From Eledone cirrhosa (taxonomy: Eukaryota): 64,000 nucleotides of DNA. The DNA is taken from positions 16,616,001 to 16,680,000 of the forward strand of contig OZ024758.1 in assembly GCA_964016885.1 (NCBI GenBank), written 5' to 3'. Both the position numbers and the translations under genes were made by a program. Below the pieces are notes generated by a model. It was not told the DNA's origin. It was given only the letters and a program-made list of their open reading frames with translations, and did no database searches. Positions 14,500-27,167 of this stretch are shown piece after piece (positions within the stretch are counted from its first letter, which is position 1; each line of letters starts with the position of its first letter).

Positions 14500-15175
14500 A
14501 GGTTGACTGCTAATATGACAAGTCAGTCAATCATATTGGTGGCTTCCCTACAGCCCCGGCGGACAGAATGGAGAAGGCGTTTCCCCGGAGGACGGCAAGG
14601 GAGACGCGATGGAAGAGCCATTCCAACTCGCGAGGCTCATACCTGCGGCTGGCCAGCTCAGCGCCTATGGTAGTGCGTAGGAAGGTAGCCTTAGGGCCGA
14701 GGACACCAGAAGTCTCCACTGCCAAGGGTACGACCGCAAACAACACGATTTCAACTTTCATTCTTCCTAGGTCAATATCATATGTCCCAGTCACATACTG
14801 GTGTCAATATAAAACTTAAGGCTCTAGGCCTATATCAGAAATCAATATATAATGGTTTCTTATATAGGCACAAGGCCTGTCGGAGAGTGACTGGTATTTG
14901 GAGAGTTTGGCCTCCTCAACCAGCAGAACCTGGGTTAGTCGCAGACCGCACCAGGTTGCGGCTGGAGAAAGAGTGGGTGCAATTGGCATCTCAGACGAGG
15001 GATTTGCCACTGCGGAACGGGAAGATGGTCATGCCGTCTGGCCTTTTGCCGTCCTCTCGGTCCGGCTCCACCGGCTCGAGCTGGGTAGAGAAGCCTCCAG
15101 CGTCCAAGCCATGCTTTATGACCTCATTGAGGGCAGCATGGTGTGGAAGGCGGCCGGCACTGTGGTGACAGGAAA
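14500..15175 (-). mobile_element. CRE-like non-LTR retrotransposon fragment, restriction-like endonuclease C-terminus
   Basis: Minus-strand peptides HAALNEVIK..LEP..DGKRPDGMTIFPFRSGKSLV*D and VPLAVETSGVLGP..LFHRVSLAVLRGNA; interrupted at ~14738-14860. Confidence 0.75.
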
Positions 15176-15340
15176 GCGAACAGACGTTGTAAATTACTGC
15201 TGCGATGTGTTGAGATTCTTAGATGAAGCAGTTATATTTCAAATATTCAACTTACGTATTTGGTGAAGGGTTAAACATGTTAAACGTGTTAAGTTCCTAT
15301 ATTGATATTAAGTATTAAGTGTGGTCATTTAAAAAAAAAA

Positions 15341-15799
15341 GGGCGGTGGATTGGCAGTATCGGTAGAGGGTCGGACGCCATGCTTTGCAGCATAGAGTTA
15401 TGGCCCTTTATGATCTGAGATCAAATCCCACCGAAGTTAACTTTGCCTTTCATCCTTACAGGGTCGATAAAATAAAGTACCAGTAATATGGCCCTTTATG
15501 ATCTGAGATCAAATCCCACCGATCTTAACTTTGCCTTTCATCCTTACGGATTCGATAAAATAAAGTACCAGTAATATGGCCCTTTATAATCTGAGATCAA
15601 ATCCCACCGAGGTTAACTTTACCTTTCATCCTTACGGGGTCGATAAAATAAAGTACCAGTAATATGGCCCTTTATGATCTGAGATCAAATCCCACCGAGC
15701 TTAACTTTGCCTTTCATCATCCTTACGGGGTCGATAAAATAAAGTACCAGTAATACACTGGTAAATTTCTAGCCTTGTGCCAAAAAGTAGAAACAATTA
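15341..15799 (+). mobile_element. Major SINE with an internal ~88-bp segment amplified 4 times
   Basis: TATGGCCCTTTATGATCTGAG..AAAGTACCAGTAA unit repeated within one SINE. Confidence 0.88.
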
Positions 15800-16120
15800 A
15801 AAATATAGTATAGACTAGAGCTATCTTCACGGCGAATCGACATTGTATTGAAGTAAAAGAGTTTAAATTCCAAACGTAACCATTTCACAGCTAATTACCA
15901 CGAACAAGATATGACATGGTACAAACAATCTATGTCTTCTTCGCTATAACGTTATCATCTTAGCACCTATAGTATGCTAAATCTTATTACTATGACTTAA
16001 AAGTTACTAAATCTGTGATCATTCTTAAGAATACTCTGATCTTTCTTTGGAAATTATTGCTTGCTTATTTTCTCGAATTTATTTGACGCGTTTACTTATT
16101 AATTATTCGTAGTAAATAAC

Positions 16121-16306
16121 TGTTTCTTCTTTCGGCACAAGGCTAGCAATTACCCAGTGCATTACTGGTACTTTATTTTATCGACCCCGTAAAGATGAAA
16201 GGCAAAGTTAACCTCGACAGGATTTAAACTCAGAATGGCAAGGGCCGTAACTCTATGCGTCAAAGCATGGCGTCCGACCCTCTACCGATACTGCCAATTC
16301 ACCGCC
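16121..16306 (-). mobile_element. Major SINE
   Basis: Reverse complement of the SINE consensus seen elsewhere in the window. Confidence 0.88.
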
Positions 16307-16392
16307 TATTCGTAGTAAATAATGATTATGCAAAGAACAAGCTGTTAATTATTGTTCTTTCTATATATATATGCACACACATATATGTATGT

Positions 16393-16469
<77 letters not shown>

Positions 16470-16835
16470 CACATACATATATTTATATATATATATATAT
16501 ATACACACATACATATATTTATATATATATACACATACATATATTTATATATACACACACATACATTTATACATACACATGCGCATGTATATCTACATAT
16601 GTACATACACATACGCATATAATCTACATCTATATATACACATATATACAAGCATATATATATATATATACATATATACATACATATACCCATATATACA
16701 TACATAATATATACATATATATGTATTCACACACACATACACACAGAGTATATATATATATATAGAGCTTCCAACAGAAACGGTCGCATTCTTTAAGGGT
16801 ATGTCAATATTTATTTATAAAACTGCTCTATATTA

Positions 16836-16900
16836 TATATTATTTGATGAAAGCACACCATAATTTAACTTGGTGTCCTTGAAATATGTATAATGAAATA
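16836..16900 (+). ncRNA. Hammerhead motif, family B, degenerate core TTGATGA
   Basis: TATATTAT TTGATGA AAG-C-ACACCA..TGGTGT-C-CTT GAAA TATGTA TA ATGAAATA; element spans ~16790-17025. Confidence 0.6.
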
Positions 16901-17170
16901 AATATCGTTTTATAAATATAGTTTCCATTTGTTAATATCGTATTTTTACTCCAATTATTTGTTGAGTGCTTTATATCAGTTATAAACATATTTGCTTGTT
17001 GTATCCCACAATTTAAATAGAACTACATATATATATATATATATAAAGAATTAGTATATCTACCAACATATGTATACAGATGCATACCTATGCTAGCAAA
17101 TATATATGTTTTGTCTTAGTAAGTAAGTCGATTTTCATAATTTTCTTATTTACGTCTTTCATATATATTA

Positions 17171-17225
<55 letters not shown>

Positions 17226-17353
17226 AAAGTTATATTTAAATTGTTGGGTTAACAACGAGTAAATATTTATAACTGATATAAAAGCACTCAACAAGTATTT
17301 GGAGTATATTTATGATATTAAATAAATGGAAACTATATTTATAAAACCATATT

Positions 17354-17419
17354 TATTTCATTATATATATTTCAGGGATATCATATTAACAATATGTTAT
17401 GCCTTCATCAGACAAAATA
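17354..17419 (-). ncRNA. Type I hammerhead motif, family B
   Basis: Minus TATTTTGT CTGATGA AGGCATAACATATT-GTT-AATATGATATCCCT GAAA TATATA TA ATGAAATA; element ~17225-17465. Confidence 0.8.
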
Positions 17420-17948
17420 CAATATAAACAGTCTTATAAATAAATAGATATGACATACCTTTCAATCGACTTGCATTTGGAAAGTTGATTTGGCAGTAAA
17501 AAATATTGTGGACAGTTGTAAAAAGAAAGAGAGAAAGAAAGAAAGAAAGAAAAACGAAGAAAAAGAAGAAATGCATGTGACTAAATAGAGAGATATAGAA
17601 AGATAGATAAAGAGAAGAACTTCATGTAAAGGAACAGAGAGATATATAGAGAGAGGAAAAAAAAGAAAGAGATAGATAGAGATAGATAGAGAAACTAGGT
17701 AGTTGAGTATCAATTGATACATTTATTTATTTATTTATTTATTTATTTAGCTCTAGTATTAATGTAAAGAGAGATGTATGTAGTTAAGAGAGAAAATAGC
17801 CGTTATATAGAGAGAAAAAAGAGAAAATGAAAAAGAGAAAATGAAAAATAACCAGACATAAACGAGGCAGAATTTAAAAACGCTGTTTCATCATGTAGAA
17901 AATATTAGTTCGTATAAAACAGGCATTATAATGTAAATATTATATATA

Positions 17949-17979
<31 letters not shown>

Positions 17980-18178
17980 TATTTCATTGAAATTTATTTT
18001 ATTCTTAATTACATTACGTCGAATTGTATTGTTTGACTCTCCATTACTTAGAGAGCGAACAAAGAAATATTTCTATCATTATATGTCATCAGCAGCATTG
18101 TCTTCCATATTTCCTCCTCCTCCTCTATATCATTTCCCCTTCATCATCATCATCATCATAGTTACTATCATTATCATT

Positions 18179-18567
18179 GGCGGTGGATTGGCAGTATTGG
18201 GAGAAAGTCGGACGGTATGTTTTGAAGCATAGAGTTACGGCCCTTGCCATTCTGAGTTCAAATCCCGCCGAGGTTAACTTTGCCTTTCATCCTTACGGAG
18301 TCGATAAAATAAAGTACCAGTAATACACTGGGATAACTGCTGGCCTTGTGCCAAAAGTAGAAACAATTATCATTGGCAGTGGATTGGCAGTATCGGTAGA
18401 GGGTCGGACGCCATGCTTTGACGTATAGAGTTACGGCCCTTTATGGTTTGAGTTCAAATCCCGCCGAGGTAAACTTTGCCTTTCATCCTTACGGGGTCGA
18501 TCAAATAAAGTACCAGTAATACACTGAGGATAATTGCTGGCCTTGTGCCAAATGTAGAAATAATTAT
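18179..18567 (+). mobile_element. Two tandem major SINEs in a (CAT)n-rich tract
   Basis: Match to SINE consensus. Confidence 0.9.
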
Positions 18568-19096
18568 CATTGTCATCATCAGCATTATCATCGCTATTTC
18601 CTCCTCCCTTCATTTTCATCATCATCATAATCATCATAGTAAGCATCATCATCATCACCAGCATTTTCATCTAGATCATTCCTCCTCTCCCCCATCATCA
18701 TCATTATAATACTTATCATCATCATAGTTACCATCTTTATTATCGTCGTCATCATCATCAACATCTATATCATTTTCTCCTCTCTCCCATCATCATCATC
18801 ATCATAATTATCGTCATTACCGCCATTACCATCATCTCAACATCATAATTATTATCATCATCAACATCATGATTAATATTAGTAATTACATCAAACACAC
18901 ACAATCAAACACACAAACTTACACACACACACAAACATAAACACATACAGAAAGACACACTCACAAACACAAAAAAACAAGCACACACACAAACACAAAC
19001 ACACATACAGAATCACACAGACGCACAAACAAACACATACAATCTTACAAACACGCAAAAACACATAAACACACCCTATCTCACACACACAAACAG

Positions 19097-19153
<57 letters not shown>

Positions 19154-19201
19154 AACACACATAAACACAGCCTCTCTCATAAACAACAAACACAGACACA
19201 T

Positions 19202-19244
<43 letters not shown>

Positions 19245-19744
19245 AGCGCCAAAAAAGAAAGAAAAATCCAACGAAATATGAAGCTACAAATGTAATGGGG
19301 AGAGCCAAAGTCTAGGCGATTAACTAATTCATTTATATATGGCAGAAAGATAGCCAAAAGCCATTAAAAAAATATCCTGCTTGATTGTATGTGCTATAAA
19401 AAGTAATGACTAAGGCGTAATTGATAAATGGCATGAGCTTCAATTAGAAATTATAATGAAGAGTGCCGAAAGTAAAATTTAGTGTGAATTTGTTTGCAAA
19501 CAAACTATATTATCGAGTTGCTACTACTAGCAGCTTTAATAGTAATTAATAATAATAATAAAAAATATACATGTCTATTAATTGAGTTTGCTATATATTG
19601 GTGTATTTTTCACCGATGTAATTTGCCTGAGAAAACGCTGCGTTAATGTATATCAATATACAATGTAAAGCTCTCAAGATAGAAGCAGTGTAATATATTG
19701 ATATAAGTATTTATGTATGTATAATCTCTCTCTCTCTCTCTTTC

Positions 19745-19810
<66 letters not shown>

Positions 19811-20051
19811 AACAAAGTTCTTTCGTTGTACATCTGCAACATCGTCAGTGGTACTATTATGTTCCTTCTGTTGTATTGTATATCTACACCATCTTTTCTC
19901 TAACAAAGTTCTTTGGTTGCACATCTGCAGAACCGAATGCATTAACTGTGGAGATATAAAAGATACAGAAGCGAAAACCAACCAATCAGTGAGTGTGTTC
20001 TATTATTATTTCTGGCAATATTATTAAAACAATATGACCCTGCCAAAGTAT

Positions 20052-20107
<56 letters not shown>

Positions 20108-20146
20108 GATATTAATAAATGGAAACTATATTTATAAAACCATATT

Positions 20147-20211
20147 TATTTCAATATACATATTTCAGGGATACCATATTAAATTATGGTATGCCTTCAT
20201 CAGACAAAATA
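20147..20211 (-). ncRNA. Type I hammerhead motif, family B
   Basis: Minus TATTTTGT CTGATGA AGGCATACCATA-ATTTAA-TATGGTATCCCT GAAA TATGTA TA TTGAAATA; element ~20106-20340. Confidence 0.75.
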
Positions 20212-20508
20212 CAATATATAACAGTTTTACAAATAGCTTTGACGTACCCTTTTAAAATACAACCATTACTTTTGGAGGCTGTCTGGATAGTGAATTGTTT
20301 ATATTGTTTTAATAAGTCATAGTGTTAAGCACAATTAGAAAAAGACGGAGATAAAGAAAAAGAAAAAAGACGGAGAGACAGAAAAGAACAAAGACGGAGA
20401 GAGATAAAGAAAGAAAGAGAAAGAAAGAAAAGGAAAGAAAACCTGGAGAAATATCGGAGACAGATAGAAATATATGGAGAAAAGAAAGAGATAAATAAAG
20501 ATAGGAGG

Positions 20509-20650
20509 AAATAAAAAATAAAAAATAAAAAATAAAAAATAAAAAATAAAAAATAAAAAACAAAAAATAAAAAATAAAAAATAAAAAATAAAAAATAAAA
20601 AATAAAAAATAAAAAATAAAAAATAAAAAATAAAAAATAAAAAATAAAAA
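20509..20650. repeat. (AAAAAAT)n repeat
   Basis: Direct reading. Confidence 0.95.
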
Positions 20651-20753
20651 GAAAGAAAAGGAAGAAATAAGAAAAACAAAGAAAACTTGTCGAGTGCTTT
20701 ATATCAGTTATAAAAATATTTACTTGTATCCCAACAACTTTAAATAGAACTTT

Positions 20754-20798
<45 letters not shown>

Positions 20799-20800
<2 letters not shown>

Positions 20801-20987
20801 CGAAGGAAATGTGGTAAGGAACCAGGTGAACCATAACGCACCAAAGTACTCAATACTTAGGGTAGTAGAGTGGGTAATAGGAACCAGTAAGACCTCGACG
20901 GCTGAGCTCAAGCCGTTTCGACGGCTAATTCAGTCCAGAATTAGCCGTCGAAACGGCTTGAGCTCAGCCGTCGGGGTCTTACTGGTT

Positions 20988-20992
<5 letters not shown>
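20799..20992. mobile_element. Penelope-like family G fold-back element, 3' half of HHR on both arms
   Basis: Palindrome 20877-20992; plus arm GAAA CGGCT-tgagctc-AGCCG TC GGGGTC; (TA)n both sides; homologs at 42700-42870 and 55068-55264. Confidence 0.72.
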
Positions 20993-21038
<46 letters not shown>

Positions 21039-21051
21039 AAAAAATGAAACG

Positions 21052-21160
21052 AAATCCCGCCGAGGTTAACTTTGCCTTTCATTCTTACGGGGCCGATAAA
21101 ATAAAGTACCAGTAATGCACTGGGTAAATTGCTGGCCTTGTGCCAAAAGTAGAAACAATT
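21052..21160 (+). mobile_element. 5'-truncated major SINE
   Basis: Match to SINE 3' half. Confidence 0.85.
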
Positions 21161-21249
21161 ATGTCTATCCTTGCCAATGTCCTGCACTATTAATTTCTGC
21201 ACTTCCACTTACACCCAACGTTTCCGCAATCTCACATATATTAACGTAG

Positions 21250-21372
21250 GGATCTATTTCTTCACCCACTTATTCCTGAGAGGGTCGTAGGGGCCAGACT
21301 CCTCAAACACTTCTTTCAGCAGGTCCTCTCAGAAGCAACCGCCGCCAACTGATCCGGCTTGACCCAAGTCTC
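21250..21372 (-). mobile_element. RTE-like LINE 3' end fragment
   Basis: Inverted homolog of 22400-22495. Confidence 0.6.
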
Positions 21373-21377
21373 TAGTA

Positions 21378-21812
21378 TAATTTCGTCGAACCTAATTTCG
21401 TCGAATCTAATTTCGTCGAGTATAATTTCGTCGAATCTAATTTCGTCGAACCTAATTTCGTCGAATCTAATTTCGTCGAACCTAATTTCGTCGAGCCTAA
21501 TGTCGTCGAATCTAATTTCGTCGAACCTAATTTCGTCGAGCCTAATTTCGTCGAACCTAATTTCGTCGAACCTAATTTCGTCGAGCCTAATTTCGTCGAG
21601 CCTAATTTCGTCGAGCCTAATTTCGTCGAATCTAATTTTGTCGAGCCTAATTTCGTCGAATCTAATTTCGTCGAGCCTAATTTCGTCGAACCTAATTTCG
21701 TCGAATCTAATTTCGTCGAATCTAATTTCGTCGAGCCTAATTTCGTCGAATCTAATTTCGTCGAACCTAATTTCGTCGAACCTAATTTCGTCGAATCTAA
21801 TTTCGTCGAACT
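21378..21812. repeat. 15-bp minisatellite (TAATTTCGTCGARYC)n, about 29 copies
   Basis: Direct reading. Confidence 0.97.
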
Positions 21813-21880
21813 CTTACAAGTGACTGAATCCAATATTTTGAGATACCATTGGTGAAGTATTATACCACACTTCTCTGACC

Positions 21881-22320
21881 TGAGAGATCATAGCTCCGAT
21901 ACTTTGGTCATGAGGTTAGAATGTCTCAGGAAAGAATCACTGGAGGGATTTGTAGTTCGGAGATCAGAGTGTCTCTCTAGGTGGAGCTTCTATTTCTTTG
22001 AATTGAGAGATCACAGCTACGATACTATGGTCATGTGGTTAGAATGTCTCAGGAAAGAATCACTGGACAGATTTGTAGCTCGGAGATCAGAGAGTCTCTC
22101 TAGGTAGTGCTTCTATTTTGTTTTTAATTAAGAGATCATAGCTCCAATACTATGGACATGTGGTTAGAATGTCTCAGGAAAGAATCACTGGATAGATTTG
22201 TAGCTCAGAGATCAGAGAGTCACTTTGGGTAGATCCGCTACTTCTCCGAACCGAGATATCACAGCTCCCATACAATGGTTCGAATGTCTCAGGAAAGAAT
22301 CGCTGGACAGATTTTATGGT
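21881..22320. repeat. ~123-bp tandem repeat, about 3.5 diverged copies
   Basis: GAATGTCTCAGGAAAGAATCACTGG recurs four times. Confidence 0.9.
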
Positions 22321-22329
22321 AAAAATCAT

Positions 22330-22610
22330 CCGGCAGGAGACCCAGCGGTATACCTCGAGCAAGGTGGTTGGATAACACCCATAATCTTGACTGGTCTCGC
22401 TTGTGGAACGAGCCGGATCAGTTCTGACAGGACCTCTTAGAAGGAGTGCTTGAGGATCCTGCCCCCACGACCTTTTCAGGAATAAGTGGGAGAAGAAGAA
22501 GAACAAGACAGAAGACAGAAGAAGAAGACAAAAGAAGAAGAAGACAAGACAAAAGAAGAAGAAGACAGAAGAAGAAGACAAAAGAAGAAGAAGACAGAAG
22601 AAGAAGAGGA
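22330..22610 (+). mobile_element. RTE-like LINE 3' end with expanded (GAA/GACA) tail
   Basis: Degenerate peptide GRRPSGIPRARWLDNTHNLDWSRL typical of RTE C-termini, followed by (AGA)n. Confidence 0.65.
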
Positions 22611-23744
22611 GCGACTGATTCTACGAAGTCTATAATAGGAAAGTTAACATATTTTACAATACCGAAGAAGTTAGATAAGCAATATATTCGTACCTATTCA
22701 AAATGGAGATTTCCTTTTCGTAAACATAGAAAGAAAATGCCCCAGAGCAGCTTTTTAAATTAAGATTACGCTTAGATATGTAACAGAGTGTTGTCTCGAT
22801 ATGAGAGATTACACAGCTCCAAATTTGCCTTAGATGGACTAAAAAGCTATGAATGTTAGACAGAATGAAACGAATATACTGATAATGAAATAGAAAAACG
22901 GATTATTATTTTTTTGGCAGATAGAAATATTAATTTCTTTTTCAGAATGGTAGTCTTTGAAAATATTTAACTCTAGTTGAAGCCTAATAAGATTTGCAAC
23001 AGTGTATATAGACAAATAGTACTTAATACTATATTACTCTTTATATTGCCTCTGAAAGGAAAGTGCTGGAATGACGTAAACTACAATAACAGACAATCAT
23101 TTACCTGAACACCTCATAAATTATATCCAAGAGAAAGTAAGTCAATCACATGATAAGCCACATTGACTGGAATTATACAGGAAGCATAAAATATGTACTT
23201 TATGTAAAAATCCAATTAGTTACAGATTGTATAAGACAGAGGAAGAACATACGAGGCAGTATGGTTAGCACGCTATGCTTTTATACCTATATGATCATTC
23301 TGAAGGACGTGTAATTTCGTATAAAATGATTATGATTAAACAATGAACAGAAGCGTTACACGTTTAGTGTGCTGAAGAACAAAGAAGGCATTGGATTATA
23401 GTCTCGGGAGAATTCTTATACAATTAGATAACTACAACCGAATTAGATTTTGTTTCAATGAAGTTGCATTTAAATTGCAACATGAAAAGATAAAGAGTTC
23501 ACTGACGTAAAGAATAAAATAATACACCATGGTTTATACAGAGAATTGCAGTTAAAGAACCTAAGATTAAGTAATATAAGCTTTAACATTTCCTTAGTAA
23601 TCCTCTGTCTAGATAAATTGTAAAATGGATTATGTTCCTATCATTATTTAATTTATTTAATATGTAAAAACAACTGGCATTAACTGGAGACTAGAACTGG
23701 AACAGAAATTGAATCAAGTCAACTTTGTGATAGCAAAAAGGGAA

Positions 23745-24015
23745 TATAGGCACAAGACCAGCAATTTTGGGTGGAGGGAAAAGTCGATTATGTCGACCCC
23801 AGTGTGTGACTGGTACTTTATTTTATCAACCCCGTAAGGATGAAAGGCAAAGTTATCATCAATAGGCACACTAATGATAATGGTTTCTTATATAGGCACA
23901 AAGCCAGCAATTTTGAGGGGAGGTGAAAGTCGATTAAATCGACCCCAGTGCGTGACTGGTACTTTATTTTATCAACCCCGTAAGGATGAAAGGCAAAGTT
24001 AACCTCAATAGGCAC
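23745..24015 (-). mobile_element. Two partial major SINEs
   Basis: Match to SINE 3' half. Confidence 0.85.
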
Positions 24016-24287
24016 AATAATAATAATAAATATCTAAATATACTGAGTACAAAGTATGCTCTATAGACAACTATGTGTAAAGATATAAAAGTTATTAGGG
24101 ACGAAAATAATAAGTTTATTTTCATAAAAGTAGACTTTCATAAACAAATAAGGTTTTATTTTTAGAGCTAGGTCAGCCTTGTTCGAGGAGATCTTTGATA
24201 AACAACACCGTCTATATATACGGGTCACCGATTCAATCAGGTACTCAATACTTAGTCCGGTAGAAGTCATTTCTATATTAACTTGAT

Positions 24288-24335
<48 letters not shown>

Positions 24336-24354
24336 TGTGTCTGTGTCTGTGTGA

Positions 24355-24590
24355 ATGAAGTATTTCCGTCGGAAAGGTACATGAAAAAAGAGTGCTCTAT
24401 GCAGGGTACAGGGTTTATTAGTTATGTAATAAACAACATAAGATGATTATTTCATTTACCAGTGGTTTCTTAGAGGCAGATGTTATGTCTGTCTCGAGTC
24501 GTCAGAATGAATAAGACAGGCATAACATCTGCCTTCAAGAAACCACTGGTAAATGAAATAATTATCTTATGTTGTTTATTACATACTAAA
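24355..24590. mobile_element. Penelope-like family E fold-back element with HHR at 24451-24511 (-)
   Basis: Minus TTCATT CTGACGA CTCGAGACAGA..TCTGCCTCTAA GAAA CCACTGG TA AATGAA; the plus arm restarts inside stem II. Confidence 0.75.
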
Positions 24591-24889
24591 ACAATATATA
24601 TATATATATATATATAATATAATTGGTATTGGATGCTTAAAGCGTCCGTATGCGGTAGGCCGTATGAGCACTCGATGCTCTCATAGAGCAGAGCATGATA
24701 TCACAGAAGAAAAAAGAGTGAAAAAAAAAGAGTGAAAAAAAAAGAGTGAAAAAAAAAGAGTGAAAAAAAAAAGTGTGAAAAAAAAAGAGTGAAAAAAAAA
24801 GAGTGAAAAAAAAAGTGAAAATAAAGAGAACGATTGTAATATGTCCAATAAATTCCATTCGTCGCAACACTGATTCTCTTTTTTCTGTG

Positions 24890-24928
<39 letters not shown>

Positions 24929-24934
24929 ATATAT

Positions 24935-25140
24935 GTTGTAAAGTGTCGGAAGCTGACGACTGAGCTCTTGTCGTTTCAACAGGTACTCCAGTCTAGTTCC
25001 AGTCTGGAACTAGCTATTGAAACGGCAAAAGCTCAGCCTTCGAGTCCCGACTCTTCATAATACAACAACACTCTACTACCCCTAGTATGAAGTATTCTGC
25101 TGAGCAATGGTCTAACCAGTTTCAAACTGAATCCATCATG
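24935..25140. mobile_element. Diverged family G-related fold-back element
   Basis: GAAA CGGC-aaaagctca-GCCT TC on plus, GAAA CGAC-aagagctca-GTCG TC on minus, CACTCTACTACCC tail as in family G. Confidence 0.55.
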
Positions 25141-25164
25141 ATATATATATATATATATATTTGT

Positions 25165-25212
<48 letters not shown>

Positions 25213-25244
25213 ATAACAATCAAAGAGTGTTTATAACATTTAAT

Positions 25245-25291
25245 CACTTACGGTCGTTTCATCCTAACACAAGACCGGATTCATCGGAGTA
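25245..25291 (-). ncRNA. Minimal type I hammerhead motif, CCGATGA core
   Basis: Minus TACT CCGATGA ATCC-ggtcttgtgtta-GGAT GAAA CGACCG TA AGTG; in a ~150-bp island within (TA)n. Confidence 0.62.
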
Positions 25292-25399
25292 TATAATAAA
25301 GGTTGAAACACAAATGTAATATCAGAAGATTGTCATAAGAACATTAGGAGGATACATATTATATATATATATATATATATAATAGTGTATGTGTGTATA

Positions 25400-25850
25400 T
25401 TATCATTATTAGGTTTTCTTCGCTCAGCTTCTAACGCTGGATATGTATTACCGTGTCAGTAATTTAATCTGCATCTTTCAAGCACCATCTGGAGTATTCG
25501 AGCTATTCCAAGCAGTGCTATTTTCTGTAAATGTTCCACTCGTATTTCAAATCCTATTTATACAATATACTTCTTAAAGGTCTGACGTACTCTTCCTAAA
25601 TGTTCCAACCATTATTAATATTTCTACCACATTTTTCAGTAACCGCAACTGCTTAACATTCCAAGCTAACCTGTCGTATCAATATTTTTCCTTTTTTATC
25701 TCATATCTTATTATCAGCTGGCCATGCTATAACAATGTCACAACACTGTTTTTCTTCTTTTTCAATTATCACATCTGGTTTCCTATGCTCCATCTCACAA
25801 ACTCCCACAGGATCTTTGCATTATCATTTTTTCGATAACACCATAAACAA
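25400..25850 (-). mobile_element. R4/Dong-like non-LTR retrotransposon 3' fragment
   Basis: Degenerate peptides NDNAKILWEF..DIVIAWPAD..QKIALLGIARILQMVLE resemble the R4-type endonuclease C-terminus; (TAA) tail. Confidence 0.65.
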
Positions 25851-26434
25851 TAAAATACAACACCAGAAATAATATGAAAACCAAGAACAACGTTATAAAT
25901 GACAGAAAAGAAAAACAACAACAACAACAACAACGACGACGATGACGACGACATCGTCATCATCATCATCATCATCATCATAACCAATGGAATAATTATT
26001 AACATCAACAACAGCACAACAACAAAAAGATTTTCGGACATCACGAATGCAAATAAAAAGAAATATCGTCTGGATTGGCTCAAGCCAAGAAGATAATCGA
26101 ATTTGGAGACGAAAAGGTGCCAGTATTGGTACCACCCTAATTACTAGCATAGGGGCAAAATACCAACCGGTCTTCTACGGAACTGTGTGCCTAAGGACTC
26201 GGTGAACCGAACCTGCATCTGTTACAGAAATAGAAAAGGTACGAAAAGATGTAGTGACAGATGTGGTCCACATACAAAGCGCAAAGCAATTCACCAGGGA
26301 GGTGGAGCAGGAAATGTCTTCAATCAGTTGTTGAAAGGAGGGTGAGAGTGGCGAGCATGTTTGAATGAACGGGTCTGCTCTGAGTGTGGGCTTGTAAATT
26401 GAAGGAGGAAAAGATGTAATAACAGATGTGTGTA

Positions 26435-26830
26435 TGGAGGCAGTCAGCCTGGGTTGGTTGAGCCGGCTCCGTACAACGAATTTACCGTATCCCGAATGAA
26501 GGCCGACCAAGCACGACGGTCCGACGCTATCGAAGATATGAGTGTCAGCCATTTGCGGTTCCATCGCCGAACCCCATACAGGCGTGGGCCTAAGGTCAGC
26601 TCAGCGTCCTTCCTGACCGTCCTAAGCCACGTTTTCTGTTGGCCTCCACGACGTTTCCTCCATCCCAACTGAGGAGATGGATCAATTGCTTCGTGGATGA
26701 AGTCGCCCGGCTGTCGACGGAGAGCATGACCAAGCCAGCGAAGACGCCTCGTGAGAAGAGATGTGGGGAACAGGTGTGGTCCTCATACAAAGGGCAAGGC
26801 AGAAAGGAAGTGTTGTTGCCTTCCAATCAG
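26435..26830 (-). mobile_element. RTE-like LINE 3' fragment, rearranged
   Basis: Peptide RRLRWLGHALRR..GWRKRRGGQQKTW..ASDRRAW; segment 26820-26905 is repeated at ~26320-26410. Confidence 0.75.
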
Positions 26831-27167
26831 TTTGTTGAAAGGTAGGTGAGAGTGGCGAGCATGGTTTCAATGAACGGGCCTGCTGTGAGAGTGCGCTTGT
26901 AGATTTGCGGAGGAAAACTCGGAAGAGACATTAGCCCTAGGGGTCAGGATGACTGTGAGTTTTTGTAGGCTCTCTTCGGGAGTGCTCCTCAGAAGAACCC
27001 CCTCCACCACGGGGGGATTTATTTTATTTGAATTCTTTACATGTTTTTCTTTATTTTCTTGTTTTTGTTGAAACCTTTTTACAGGCAAAATCCCACACAG
27101 TACCGTCCTGAGAACCTCAATGTTTTCTTAATGTGAACCCTGTGTAACTAATAAAGAAACCACTATT

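Noticed and set aside
16790-17465. Family B pair as a single fold-back insertion
   Set aside because: Tail-to-tail, diverged and separated by other sequence; more likely two independent insertions
21359-21833. SSNLI/STKLG repeat proteins
   Set aside because: Artefact of the 15-bp minisatellite; no splice or domain evidence
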